Shown in pieces: positions 1 to 11,714 of a stretch of DNA of 64,000 nucleotides (positions within the stretch are counted from its first letter, which is position 1; every line of letters begins with the position of its first letter). The notes under the pieces were generated by a model. That model was not told the DNA's origin. It ran no database searches and saw nothing but the letters and a program-made list of their open reading frames with translations. This DNA is from Callorhinchus milii (taxonomy: Eukaryota): contig NW_024704742.1 in assembly GCF_018977255.1 (NCBI RefSeq), positions 24,430,001 to 24,494,000 of the forward strand, given 5' to 3'. Made by a program: the position numbers and the translations under genes.

Positions 1-1615
1 TGCCCACTGCTCTTGCTGTGCAGACTTAGGAGGTCCTTCGCAATACCGGGTGCACAGAGCGATTGTTCCTCCTGTCCTCTGGCTGTCCATCGACATTGCT
101 TATCACATCAGAGACAAAGGACAAGGCTCGATTTTTAAATGAGTCTAATTTACTTTCCTTTTTTTTTGACAGACAAAAAAAATTATCAGAGATATTTGTT
201 CACAGCCACAATCGACAATATTGGCATGCTCTGTGCGAACGCTGAAGTCAGATGTTGAAATATAAATCCCACTGACGTAAAATTACAAATAGAAGGAACA
301 AAAGGGGCCACAGATAGATAGCTTTTACTGCATTTGATCCAACTGAAAAGGCAGTGATTTGATTCCTCAAGCATAAGAAGAAAGCAGACAGCCAGTCTGT
401 AGTTTCTTTGTGAATGGTTAATGTGCTTTCAACCACAAAATGGCAAGCTGTAGTCCTCTCAGATTTGGCAGTCGTTTTTTTAAAAGTGGTATTTAAAACC
501 AACTGGAGTCAATTAAACATCATTTTGATTTAAAGTTCGTCGGTGATATTTGAGATTTGTCTGTCTGTATTACCAGTATGGTCATTTTAGATACAAATAT
601 GTTGCTTACCTGAAAGGGTATTATTTGTGGCCTGCAGCGCTTGTGTGTGCGGAATACAGCAAATGGAAGAAGGAGGAGTTTCGACACAGTGCTGTACCGT
701 TGAGCTGTTCAGTGCTTTGTCCTCCTGTATCTGCACCATAAAAAGGTTTTATCAGTTTCATTGTTCGAACCTCATAAAGTGACACTTCTGTCAATGTTCT
801 AGAAAGAGAAACTCTGAATGATCTGAATGATAGTGCAAAGGGAAAATGTACAATCGGTGAGAGCAAGACAAAAGCTTGAACCAGTGTTCTCCCATTAATG
901 ACTACTGTTATAGATGCCCAGATAATTTACTTTGTGAAGAAACAGGGAACCTGCAATGTTTTTAAGGTTCACAAAACATTGGGAAGAATGTTAAATATAA
1001 TTTTCCTCTATTGAGAGTCTTGACCCTTTGACCTTCTGTACCTTTCACCTTTATTAATCCTTACCTCATTTGATCTGCGATTAAAAAGCAAGGGTGTGAT
1101 CACAAATGCAAGGATTTTTTCGCAGTTAAATGTGCACATCAATTTGCAATATGAAAAGGATTGGGGAAAAGAGCAGGGAATTGGGATGAGAGAAATTGAT
1201 GTGAATAGAGGAGGTAGTACCAGTTTAGGCTTGATGGGCTGAATTGTCTCCCTCTGTGTTTAATCCCTATGATTCTACATTTCATAACAGGTTCAACGAT
1301 GGAGTTTCACGACTGAACACTCCCACGATTTTGGCTTGATGTTTTGCCCAGTGTGGGAGCGTTTGAAAGTTGATCGATTGCCATCTCTGATTTAGGCCAA
1401 GGGAGAGCAAGACAAAGTGGCACTCGGACAACAGCAGCATTTAAATGCTGCGTCTATTGACGAACACTATTGGTCACAATGTTTTGATGCTCAAATGCAC
1501 TGTTCTCCACAATCGGGAGCAGGGAGATCTAAGAGACGTTTCAAAGCGATTCACAGAATATATCGTAAAATTAGGGTAGTGTTGCTAAACACATCCAAGC
1601 AATTATGCAGAAACT

Positions 1616-1847
1616 ATAATAATAATCCTTGCATTTGATCCAGCGCCTTATCACATCTTCGAGACGTCTCAAAGCGCTTCACAGTATTTACTGAAAAGTT
1701 AAATGACTGTATATTTTATGAGCGAAACATGGCAGCCAATTGTGTACAGCAGTGTCCCAGAAACTGTCATGGAATGAGTGACCAAATTATTATTATTTAC
1801 TTTAGTTTTTTTTGAAGGTATTATTACCCCCAGAAAAGTGATCCAGC

Positions 1848-1879
<32 letters not shown>

Positions 1880-1960
1880 TCAACCAACAACTGGATTCCT
1901 ACGTATTGCTAGGTAAACAGAGGCGTGTGGAGTAAGGAAACTTGCCTAATGTTTTACCCC
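1616..1960 (-). mobile_element. tRNA-SINE, longer subfamily, 5'-truncated
   Basis: Reverse complement of the (ATT)n tail, Deu-like body and the CORE-like ggcaagtttccttactccacacgcctctgtttacc segment. Confidence 0.8.
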
Positions 1961-3134
1961 GATCCACCCAGGAAAGTTATTCATACTATTTATTTATTTA
2001 AACTACAGGGGCAGGGTAAATTATGGATGATTCTGTTTGACAATAATGTTGTGGACGAAGCAGAAGGCATCTATAAGGAAGCTGGTGCACAAATAAGGGA
2101 TGCCACTCATTTCGTCCTAGCCCATTGGATGATACATTAGTGTTGTGGGATCTTTAATACCCACCCAAAGAACAGGCAGACAGGACCTTGGTTCAACATC
2201 TCATCTGCAGAACAGCATCTCCAACAATGCAGCACTTCCTCAATATTTTCCTGGAGTTTCAGTCTTGACTATGTGCTTCAATCCTGTCATGGGATATGAG
2301 CCTGAAACGGCCTTATTTAAGTGAGAGTGCTACCATATAAATGGTACCCCTATCTGATATTTGTATAAGCACACTTACTTTGAAAAAATATTTCTAAAAC
2401 ACATTTTCAATTTATATACCTGCTGAAACAACATTGAAAAAACCTTGGACTGTGTATTATTATTAATACTCTTTGCATTTGATATAGCGCCTTATCACGT
2501 TTTCAAAATGTCTCAAAGCACTTCATAGGAATATACAGTAAAGTGAAATGATTGCAGATTTTGTGGGTGAAACACGGCAGTCAATTGTGCAAAGCAATGT
2601 CCCACAAACAGTTGTGGATTAAGGGACCAAATTATTTAATTTTTTGAAAAGTGATGCCCCAGACAACTAAGAACCAGGTTCCTACTTACTGTTTGGTAAA
2701 CAGGAGAATTGTTCAGCCTTCCTAACCTCACTACTGCAGCATAGTGGGAGTCAATCTGCTCTCAGGTTTCTGGCTACAGTTGGCTTCTGGCAATGCTGCT
2801 CGAGCCAGCTATTATATGATCTGTGGGAAAGACCAGGAGTTATTTTTCCTGCAAATGTTTTCTTTCTTGTGATAAAAAACCCTGGCCTTGGTTTTCTCCT
2901 CCCCAAAAAGGCATGACTGAGATAGGGAAATAGGCCAAGAGATAAATTGACCTACAATATATCCTTCCCCTCTGGGAAGAAGTTCTGGGAGGTTTGCTGA
3001 ATGCTGCAGCACAATGCAAAGAACATTCCTTTCTCTTTGACTGTGTCTGTGGGCTCAGTGTCCAGCACCATCTCCGAAGCAGTCTAGGTAAGGGATACTA
3101 TATAAATGCATTTTACTCTTGAGTACCTTTTCCA

Positions 3135-3485
3135 AGCTCCGGCCTGCTTCACGTCCCCCGCCTTGCTCGCCTGTCCCCGCCTAACAACAACAACATCCCC
3201 CGCCTTACCCACTATCTGCGGGCAGGCCTTCCGACACTCTTCTCCCGCACTCTGGAACTCCATCCCACAGTCCCTTCGTCTCGCTCCCTCCCTTGCCACC
3301 TTCAAGACCCACCTCAAAACCCTCCTCTTTGACCGTGCTTTCGATCTCCCTGCTTCCCCCCCCGCCTACGCCCCCTCCCCCACCCCGACCCTCAGCTCGG
3401 GTCCATAACTCTTGTCTGTCCAGCGCCTTGGGATGTCCTCCCAATGTGAAAGGCGCTAAACAAATGTAATTTTGTTATTGTTGTT
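3135..3485 (+). mobile_element. L2 3' fragment
   Basis: Translates ...AFRHSSPALWNSIPQSLRLAPSLATFKTHLKTLLF; ends in the gcgccttgggatgtcctccc...aaggcgct tail and TTG repeats. Confidence 0.85.
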
Positions 3486-4080
3486 CCTATTTATGTTCGA
3501 GTCCAAACACTGTTTGAATACCACAATCAAGCCTGATCCCCATAAAGCTACTGCAGAGAAAAAGTTGCTGGATAAAGTCAGAACAGGAACTCTGGCTGAT
3601 TTCCCTTTCTGTAACCCAAGGCTGGTGAGGTCAGGTTTAGCTTCCTCACCACCTCAGCTGAGATCCTGCAATATTTAGAATCCAAATCCCAATTTGTGTT
3701 GTATTCTCAGCAGAGATGCTTCTTCTAGAAGGAGGGAACATGCATGTTATTATCCCATACATTTGAGGGTTGTTTTAGTCAACCTGATGTTCAACATATG
3801 GAAATCCATCAGCAGACCAGGTTGAGAGTTCCACCTATATATGTCTCAAAACCCTTCACAGGATTTATTGTAAAATGTAGTGACTGCATTTTGTAGGTGA
3901 ACATGTTTCCATAACACTTCCATAAAGTACTGACCAGTTTGTTAATCTACAACATGAATGTCTCCCAGGCCATTGGTTTCAGAGTTGGGACACCTGAGGT
4001 TCAATGCGGGGAATTAATCTCCGATGCTGTTATCATGTCATTTTAGAGGTGCAGGCAATTGCTCTCAGAGCAAAATGTGT

Positions 4081-4490
4081 GTGTCAGTTTGGCTCACTGG
4101 TAGAACTCTCACCTCTGATTCAGAAGGTTGTAGGTTCAAGACGCAACTCGGGATTTGGAATCACATAATCTAAGGTGACACTCCATTGCAGTGCTGAGGG
4201 TGTGTTGCATTCTCAGAGCTGCCGTCCTCTGGATGAGATATTAAACTGAATTCCCGCCTGCCTGTTCAGGTGGAAATGAAAAATCCCATGGCACTATTCA
4301 AAAAGAGAAGGGATTTTCTCCTGGTGTCCCCAAATTAAAAATTGGTCACTCCATGGCTGTTTGTGGGACATATCTGTGTACTACCCAGCTGCCACGTTTC
4401 GCCCACAAAATACAGTATATCCTGTGAAGCGCTTTGAGATGCCTCGACAACGTGATAAGGCGCTGTATCAAAAGCAAGGATTGTTATCAT
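4081..4490 (+). mobile_element. Older Deu-domain tRNA-SINE (SacSINE1/AmnSINE1-like)
   Basis: Head gtcagtttggctcactggtag...ctctgattcagaaggttgtaggttcaag; body gatgagatattaaac...cccatggcactatt; Deu-like segment and L2-like tail. Related copies at ~2125-2340, 8730-9010, 13590-13890, 26885-27275, 27830-28165, 47325-47730, 55965-56290 (all minus), 59870-60100 and 63056-63750 (plus). Confidence 0.8.
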
Positions 4491-4768
4491 TAATATAAGC
4501 AAATTGTTACCTTGGTAGGCCACTGGAATTGAGTTACATGGACACTGGAATCTTCTGCTGCTTTGCTCTAGTGCCCATTCTTTGTGGATAAGCCTAGACA
4601 GTGGAGTTGTGTAAAGACATGTGCACAGACAGAATTACATGTGCCATTAATTATTGTAATTGATAACCAATGAAAGTAATTTGTTGTCAATTACATAATT
4701 GAAGCCACCTGTAATTCTCCCTGTGCGCATGTTTTTACACACAGTTTTTGTGGAGTGCTGTAGAGTGG

Positions 4769-7700
4769 GGAGTGGCGGCAGGACAGCGCGGGGAGGAACC
4801 TGGGCCTACCTTCTCAGGTACTTAAACTCGACGCGGCAGGGAGTCCAGCTACGGGGGGTTGGGGGGGTTGGGCTGTGGGGGGTGGGGGCAGAGCGGGTGA
4901 ACCGCTGACGTCATAGTTTAGTTTTCAGGAGTGTGCGCGCGCAACAAAAAAAAAACCTCTGCGCCCCCCCCGGGCTCAGAGCCCACCATGGTCCTGTTGG
5001 GTTGGCTGCCCCAGCCTACGGGATAATGCCATCAACCTGACCGCTCGCTCCCGGTCCCCGCGTGCGCACTATGGCTGCCGCTTTGACCCGAGGCCCCTCA
5101 CCCCCTCCCTCCCTCGTCCCTCCTCTCTACCCCCAAACCCTCCCCCCTCTGCATCTCTCCCGCTCTGTCCTCCTCTCTCTCCGTCCCTCTCGCCTTCTAT
5201 CTCCACTTGACCCTCCCACAACCTCCCTCTGTTCCAGCCTGGGAATCCTCCGCCGGGCTCACCGTGGCACTCGGCGTTGGCTGTCCAGCAGCAGCCACAC
5301 CGACTGCCCCATTCCCCACCACACTCGCCAGCCACCCCGGACACAGACCCGGGGAGCCAACCTCTTCTCCCTCATCCCCATTTCCCCCACCCCTGCTTCA
5401 CAACCTGGACCCCCCTTCCTCCCCACACACCCTTCTGTCAACCGTTCTCTCCACATCGGACTACAAAACGTCCGCTCCCTCTGTAACAAGGCCCTGGTCA
5501 TCAACGATCTCATCCTTGAGCGTTGACATCATGGCCTTAACGGAAACCTGGCTCACCCCAGGCGACACCTTCCCCCTCACGGAGGCCACACCACCCGGCT
5601 ACACCTCCCACCACATCCCTCGCCCCAACCGCCGTGGCGGTGGTGTAGCCCTTATCTCAAGGACACCACTTGCCCTATCCCCCTACTCCTCTGGCTCTTT
5701 CCCCTCTTTCGAGCACCTCACCCTCTCCCACCCCTTCTTCATCTCCCTCAAAATCCTCCTCCTCTACCGGCTTCATAAAACCTCTCCCACCTTCATCTCC
5801 GATTTTTCGACACTCCTTACATCTCTCTGCCTTTGCTCTGATCGCCTCATCATCCTGGGCGACTTTAACCTGCACTTCACCCCCTCCTGCTCCATCTCCT
5901 CAGACTTCTCTTCCCTGCTCTCCTCGCTCAACCTCTCCCTCCACATCAACTCCCCCACTCACAGTCACGGCCACCCACTCGACTTGGTGATCACCCGGGG
6001 CCTCAGTGTCGCGGATGTCACTATTAGCGACAAGGCCGTCTCCAACCACCACTTCACCACCTCCACCCCCCCTCCCCACCTCCACCAGACCCACCATCTT
6101 CTACCGCCCCTGGAAGAAGTTACCCCCACAATCCCTAACTGCTGCCTTGGAGTCCTCTGAACTCCTCTCCCTCTGGCCTTCAACCCTCACTGACCCCTCT
6201 TCTCCTCTCACCCTCCTCCACAACACCCTCTCCTCCACACTCGATACTCTTGCCCCCATCACCTCCCGTACTGTCTCCTACTCTCGCTCCTCCCCCTGGT
6301 TCACCACCCACCTCCGCTCACTGAAAAGCCAGGTGCGGGCCGCTGAACGCACCTGCGTCAAATCTGGCCTAACGGTCCACCGACAAATCTGGCTGGACCT
6401 CCTCAAAATCTTCCGCTCCACTCTAGCCTCGGCCAAGTCGTCCTTCTACTCCAGGATAATCCTGGAGGCGAAGAACAACCCCAGGCTACTGTTTTCTACC
6501 ACATCCCGACTCCTCCGTCCCCCCCGCCACCCCGCGCAGGTCATCTCCTCCAACCTTCACTGCGAGGAGATGCTGGATTTCCTTGAATCCCAAATCAAGG
6601 GAATTCGCTCCGCGGTCACTTCCCCTCCAACATCCACCCATCCCCCACCCCCTCCCTCCCACACTCCGACTCCTCCACATCCTCCCCTACACACTTTGGT
6701 ACCCGTTTCCCCACCCTCTGTCACCAAACTCATCCTATCCATGAAACCCACCACCTGCTCCCTTGACCCCATCCCCACTCCACTCCTTATCTCCCAGCTC
6801 CACCTCCTTGCCCCACATATCACAGACATCGTCAACCTGTCCCTCTCCTCTGGCTCTGTTCCCATTCCCTTAAAAACTGCCACCATCACTCCCACCTTGA
6901 AAAAACCCTCCCTTGATGCGTCGCAGCTATCAAGCTACCGGCCCATCTCCAACCTCCCCTTTCTCTCCAAGGTCCTGGAACGAATTGTCGCCTCCCAGCT
7001 GCGCTCTTTCCTCTCCACCCATTCACTATTCGAACCCCTTCAGTCGGGTTTCCATAGCACAGAAACTGCCCTGGTCAAGGTCACCAATGACATCCTGACC
7101 ATCTGTGACCAGGGCTCCCTCTGTCTCCTCGTCCTCCTCGACCTATCGGCAGCATTCGATACGGTCGACCACGCTATCCTCCTCCACCGCTTGTCCTCCC
7201 ACCTCAACCTTCAAGGCACTGTCCTTGATTGGTTTAGGTCGTACCTCTCCCACCGTCTTCACTTTGTTTCCACGAATGGCTTTTCCTCCAGCCCCCGCAC
7301 TGTCTCGTGTGGTGTCCCTCAGGGCTCTGTCCTCGGTCCCCTCCTCTTCACCCTCTATATGCTCCCCCTTGGTGACATCATCCGCAGACATGGGGTTAAC
7401 TTCCACATGTATGCGGATGACACCCAACTCTACCTTTCCTCCTCTACCCTCAACTCCACGACCACCGATGTCCTGACAGCTGCCTGTCCGACATCGAGTC
7501 CTGGACGAGAGACAACTTTCTTCAGCTCAACGTGTGTAAAACTGAGGCCCTCCTGATTGGCTCACGTCAGCGCCTCCGCACCTCAGGCGCCGACACCATC
7601 AGCATCCAAGGCTGCACTCTCCACCTCTCAAAGCCAGTCAGGAACCTCGGCGTTCTGTTCGACCCTGAGCTGTCCTTTCTCCCTCACATCCGCACCACAA

Positions 7701-8373
7701 CTGGCACCGCCTTCCATCACCTCCGGAACATCGCCAGACTACGGCACTACCTCACCCCTCACGCTGCTGAAACTCTGGTCCACGCCTTTATCACCTCAAG
7801 GCTGGACTATGGGAACTCTCTCCTCGTCGGCCTTCCCACCACCTCCCTCCACAAGCTGCAGGTCATTCAGAACTCTGCAGCTCGCGTACTGTCCCGCACC
7901 AGGCTTCGGGACCACATCACTCCCACCCTCGCTCGCCTCCACTGGCTCCCCATCCCCCAGAGGATCGATTTCAAGATCCTCATCCTCACTTACAAGGCCA
8001 TTCACGGCCTTGCTGCCCCCTACCTCTCCGACCTACTATCCCCCTATCTACCTGCCCATACTCTCCATTCCTCTGCTCCGGTCTGCTCCACATCCCCCGC
8101 CCCAACCGCCCCACTTTCGGTGGCCGGGCCTTCAGCCCCCAGGCTCTGGAACTCATCCCCCAGTGCCTTCGCCGCCTCCTCCCTTTCCTCCTTCAAGGCC
8201 GGTCTCAAAACCTTTCTCTTTGACCGAGCCTTCAGCTCCCCTCTCGACTCTCTTCCCCCTCCTCGCTCCCTCCCTTCCCTCCCCCTGACCATTTCCCCCC
8301 TCCTCCCTCCTTGGGACGTCCTCCTGACATGAAAGGCGCTCTATAAATGGAATCTTGTTGTTGTTGTTGTTAT
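4769..8373 (+). mobile_element. L2-clade LINE, apparently full length (~3.6 kb, single ORF), inactivated by frameshifts
   Basis: APE motifs (NVRSL, LTETWL, GDFN) in ORFs 5062..5526 and 5207..6160; RT motifs ([33 protein letters not shown]) in 6006..7556; L2 C-terminus (HAFITSRLDYGNSLL, LHWLPI) in 7532..8332; 3' stem-loop plus (TTG)n tail. Confidence 0.95.
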
Positions 8374-8722
8374 TGGTTAGAGCATTTGCCTTGCATGCGA
8401 GAGGACCTGGGTTTGATTTCCCAGGCAAGGCAAAACTTTAGGCAAGTTTCTTTACTCCACATGCCTCTGTTTACCGAGCAGTAAGTAGGAACCCTGTTGT
8501 TAGTCGACTGGAGGATCACTTTTTCTTGGGTCTTAATCACTTCAAAAAAATAAATAATTTGGTCACTCAATCCACGACTGTTTGTGGGACACTGCTGTGC
8601 GCAATTGGCTGCTGCGTTTCGCCCACAAAACATAGTCAATTCACTTTACAGTATATTTTGTAAAGCGCTTTGAGACATCTCGATGACGCGATAAGGCGCT
8701 ATATCAAATGCAAGGATTATAT
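8374..8722 (+). mobile_element. tRNA-derived SINE (longer subfamily); its first bases lie at 4752-4768, split off by the L2
   Basis: Remainder of tRNA head (tggttagagc...gggtttgatt), CORE-like segment, Deu-like gctgtgcgcaattggctgctgcgtttc, L2-like tail and (ATT)n. Confidence 0.85.
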
Positions 8723-9139
8723 TGTAAAGTGCAGTGATTGTATTTTGTGGATCTGATGTAAATTGTCTTTTCTGGATGGATGGATGAATGAGCAATTTTA
8801 TTTGGGGGGATCGTTGGCCAGCAAAACCACCTTTTTCTTTTTGAATCGTGTCATGGAATCTTTAATGTCTACTTGAACTGGCAGATGGGGATTTGTTTTA
8901 ACATCTCACCTGAAGGACAGCACCTCCGACAACGCAACACCCCTCCCAACACTGCATTGGAGTGTCAGTTTAGAACCCACAGCTTTCTGACTCAGAAGTG
9001 AGTCACTGACATGCATAGTTTACACATGGTGTATAACACACATGTGTTTACACAACTTGTATAATATCCTAATAATAGGTTAGTAGGCTACACAGCACGG
9101 GGATGTAACAACGGAGCCTTTGTGGATCTTTACCAATGG

Positions 9140-9320
9140 TCCAAACACGGACTTTCCAGCAGATGGCAGTCAGGAGTAGGAGCCCTGGTGAAGTTTTTTC
9201 CTCATCGTAGCTCAGGAATGCCGAGTCCTAATTACTGTGTTGCCAGCACCAAGCTTGCTGAGGTCAGCTAGTTCAGCACATTGCAGAGATCAAATCTGGG
9301 ACCTCGGTAGTCTGTACGAA
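9140..9320 (-). mobile_element. Ancient tRNA-SINE remnant (AmnSINE2-like)
   Basis: Minus strand reads cagactaccgaggtcccagatttgatc...gtgctgaactagctgacctcagc...ccagggctcctactcctga, recalled as AmnSINE2-type; weaker relative at ~3560-3660. Confidence 0.45.
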
Positions 9321-11407
9321 ATGCTGAGAAGACCTCAGCAGAACTGTATTTTGTGGCCGATAGCCAAACGGTCATAGATTGAGTGGCCAAAATAATATAT
9401 ATTTATATATCTTTTTGGGGGAGGGATTATTGCTCCTGGAAAGCGATCCGCTAGTCAACTAACAATTTGGTTCCTACTTTGTAGGGATTCTTAGATGAGT
9501 GAGAGGATCTTGAAGAGCGAAGCGGGAGATCTTTAATGTCCATCGACCTGAGCAGAGATGCTGCAGGGTGACTGGGAGTGAGGAACGACATTAGACTTAA
9601 ACACTAGATTTAAGATGAAAATATTATTTAAAAATATTTTACTGAACCATGTTGGGTCATTCATGACTTTGATGCATTGCGGTGTATCTATGTGCTGTTT
9701 TGTGCTCTTATTTGTCAAAATACATACAATAGAAATTCATTGTCCTGTTTCCAGATTGTTGATTTTCTAGATTTAGGTCGCCTTCTGATTAATAGTTGTG
9801 TGGTTTTGCCTATTGTTCTTCAATACAAAAAGTGTTCCCACTGATAATACCACACAGACCTGTCAATCTGAAATATCCAGATCATAAGGTGCTTGGCAAA
9901 GGTTAGACTTCATGAGGCTTGCTTGAAAGTGCTTGTCTTTAGCTAAAAGACTGTCTGTGTCTTTAAATTTGGAAAAGATATTGCCAGCAATATACGTATT
10001 GACCCAAGTTAGGTGCTATTTATCAGATATTCAAGATCTGAAGGAGGTTTTACTGGATCTGCACTCTTGTTAATAATTAATCTGCTGCCAAGAGTTAATG
10101 CACCCGTGTTGTGGCAGACATTTTCCCTTGCCTTCTTTTTCTCACAATCATGAAATGCCACAGAATGTGCGGCTCGACATTTGGGTGAGTTTTTCACCGC
10201 AATCTTGCTTTGCTTTCCTTTTTTTGTGCCACGCTGTTTTTGCCTTTAATCGACTGGTCATAGTTTGTCACCAGGTTTCTAGACCAGATAATTAACCATT
10301 TGCATCTAATTTGCTTTCATTTCTTAAAAGGACTTCCCAACGAGAAATCTGGTTAGAATTCCCGCTCTGTTGGTGGATCTGTGGTCTGGTGTGAGGTTCT
10401 TTTGAGTTACCAGAAGGAATCTCCATTTGTACATTTTGGATGCTTATCAAGCAATCCTTACTTGTTGAGAAATGCTGCAAATTCAATTCTGTTGTCCATT
10501 CAATGAATGATTCTGCCTTCGGGAATTCTGTCAGAGAGGTTAGATCCTGTACATCCCAGGAAATAAGACACCTAACTTATCATTAGCAGTTCAGTCACTC
10601 TGGCATCATCTATAAAAATAACTGACTGTCAGGAAGTGCCTGCCGACTTGCCAAGCTGTACCTTAAACACTCGTAGAATTACCTTCTAACATGGTAGAGG
10701 TCGGTTGGCAGGTATTTTCTTCATCTCTATTTTAAGAAAAGCAAAGGTTTTCTTTCTCAGTCTGTGTATCATTCCCCAGCCCAGGCAGCAGATAGCTGAC
10801 CTGCGTGTGCATGCCTGGCACTTTTAACAAGATGTATATGAATGATGTAGAATGACCTTTCTCATCTGATCTCCTCCTCCCACACCAACCACGTGTTCTT
10901 TCCCATTACCTCCCCACTGGGAGTTGTCAATTGCCCTATAATTCTTGTTCAGTATTATGCCGGTTGCTCCATATGAGTCTTTGGACCATCCAGTCTTGTA
11001 CTCCCGAGTGAATAGGGAACTGCGGAGGCAAGAAGGTGTGAAGGCAAATACACAGTCACTCCACTTTACAGAATATTCTGTGAAGCACTTTGAGATGTCT
11101 CAATGACGTGATAAGGCACTATATCAAATGCAAGCATTATTATTATATTAAAAGTCTGTATCTGATCCATTCTTACCATCCTAGAATATTTTGTGTTTTT
11201 CTGCCACATATCATGTCTGGATCAGTAAATTGTTAAATGTGATAAAATTTTCCGCATTGTCAGTTAGTACATCAAAAGGTAAATCAAATACCCAGCATAT
11301 GATATGTGATTTAATATGTGGCCTTAATTGGATTCCTGATGTAAATGTAAAGCTGCAGGACTCCCCATAGTAAGATGCCACAATACTGCGGTATGATGCG
11401 GTGCAGT

Positions 11408-11714
11408 ATATAATAATAATAATCCTTGCATTTGATATAGTGCTTTTTTCATGTCTTCTAGACGCTTCACAGAATATACTGTAAAGTGAATTGACTGTAT
11501 ATTTGTGGGCGAAACTCGGCAGCCAATTGCGCACAGCAGTGTCCCACAAACAGTCGTGGATTGAAGTGACCAATTTTTTTATTTTTTTTTATTGAGGGTT
11601 TATTATCAGGCGTGTGGAGTAAGGAAACTTGCCCATGGTTTTTTCGTGCCGGGAATCGAGCCCAGGTCTCTCGCTTGCAAGATAATTGCTCTAACCACTG
11701 AGCTACAAGACTCC
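11408..11714 (-). mobile_element. Young tRNA(Ala)-like SINE, full length
   Basis: Closely matches the reverse complement of the copy at 63280-63610. Confidence 0.9.

Noticed and set aside
1..4700. Exons of an upstream neighbour (FHDC1 in mammals) or of the human MHRSGRYGTQ first exon
   Set aside because: No recognisable coding similarity or convincing splice-flanked ORF found by eye.
5062..8332. Currently active autonomous LINE or domesticated RT gene
   Set aside because: At least four frameshifts, SDH changed to SNH in the endonuclease and a short deletion in QSGF..HSTET; treated as a dead copy unless reads show assembly errors.
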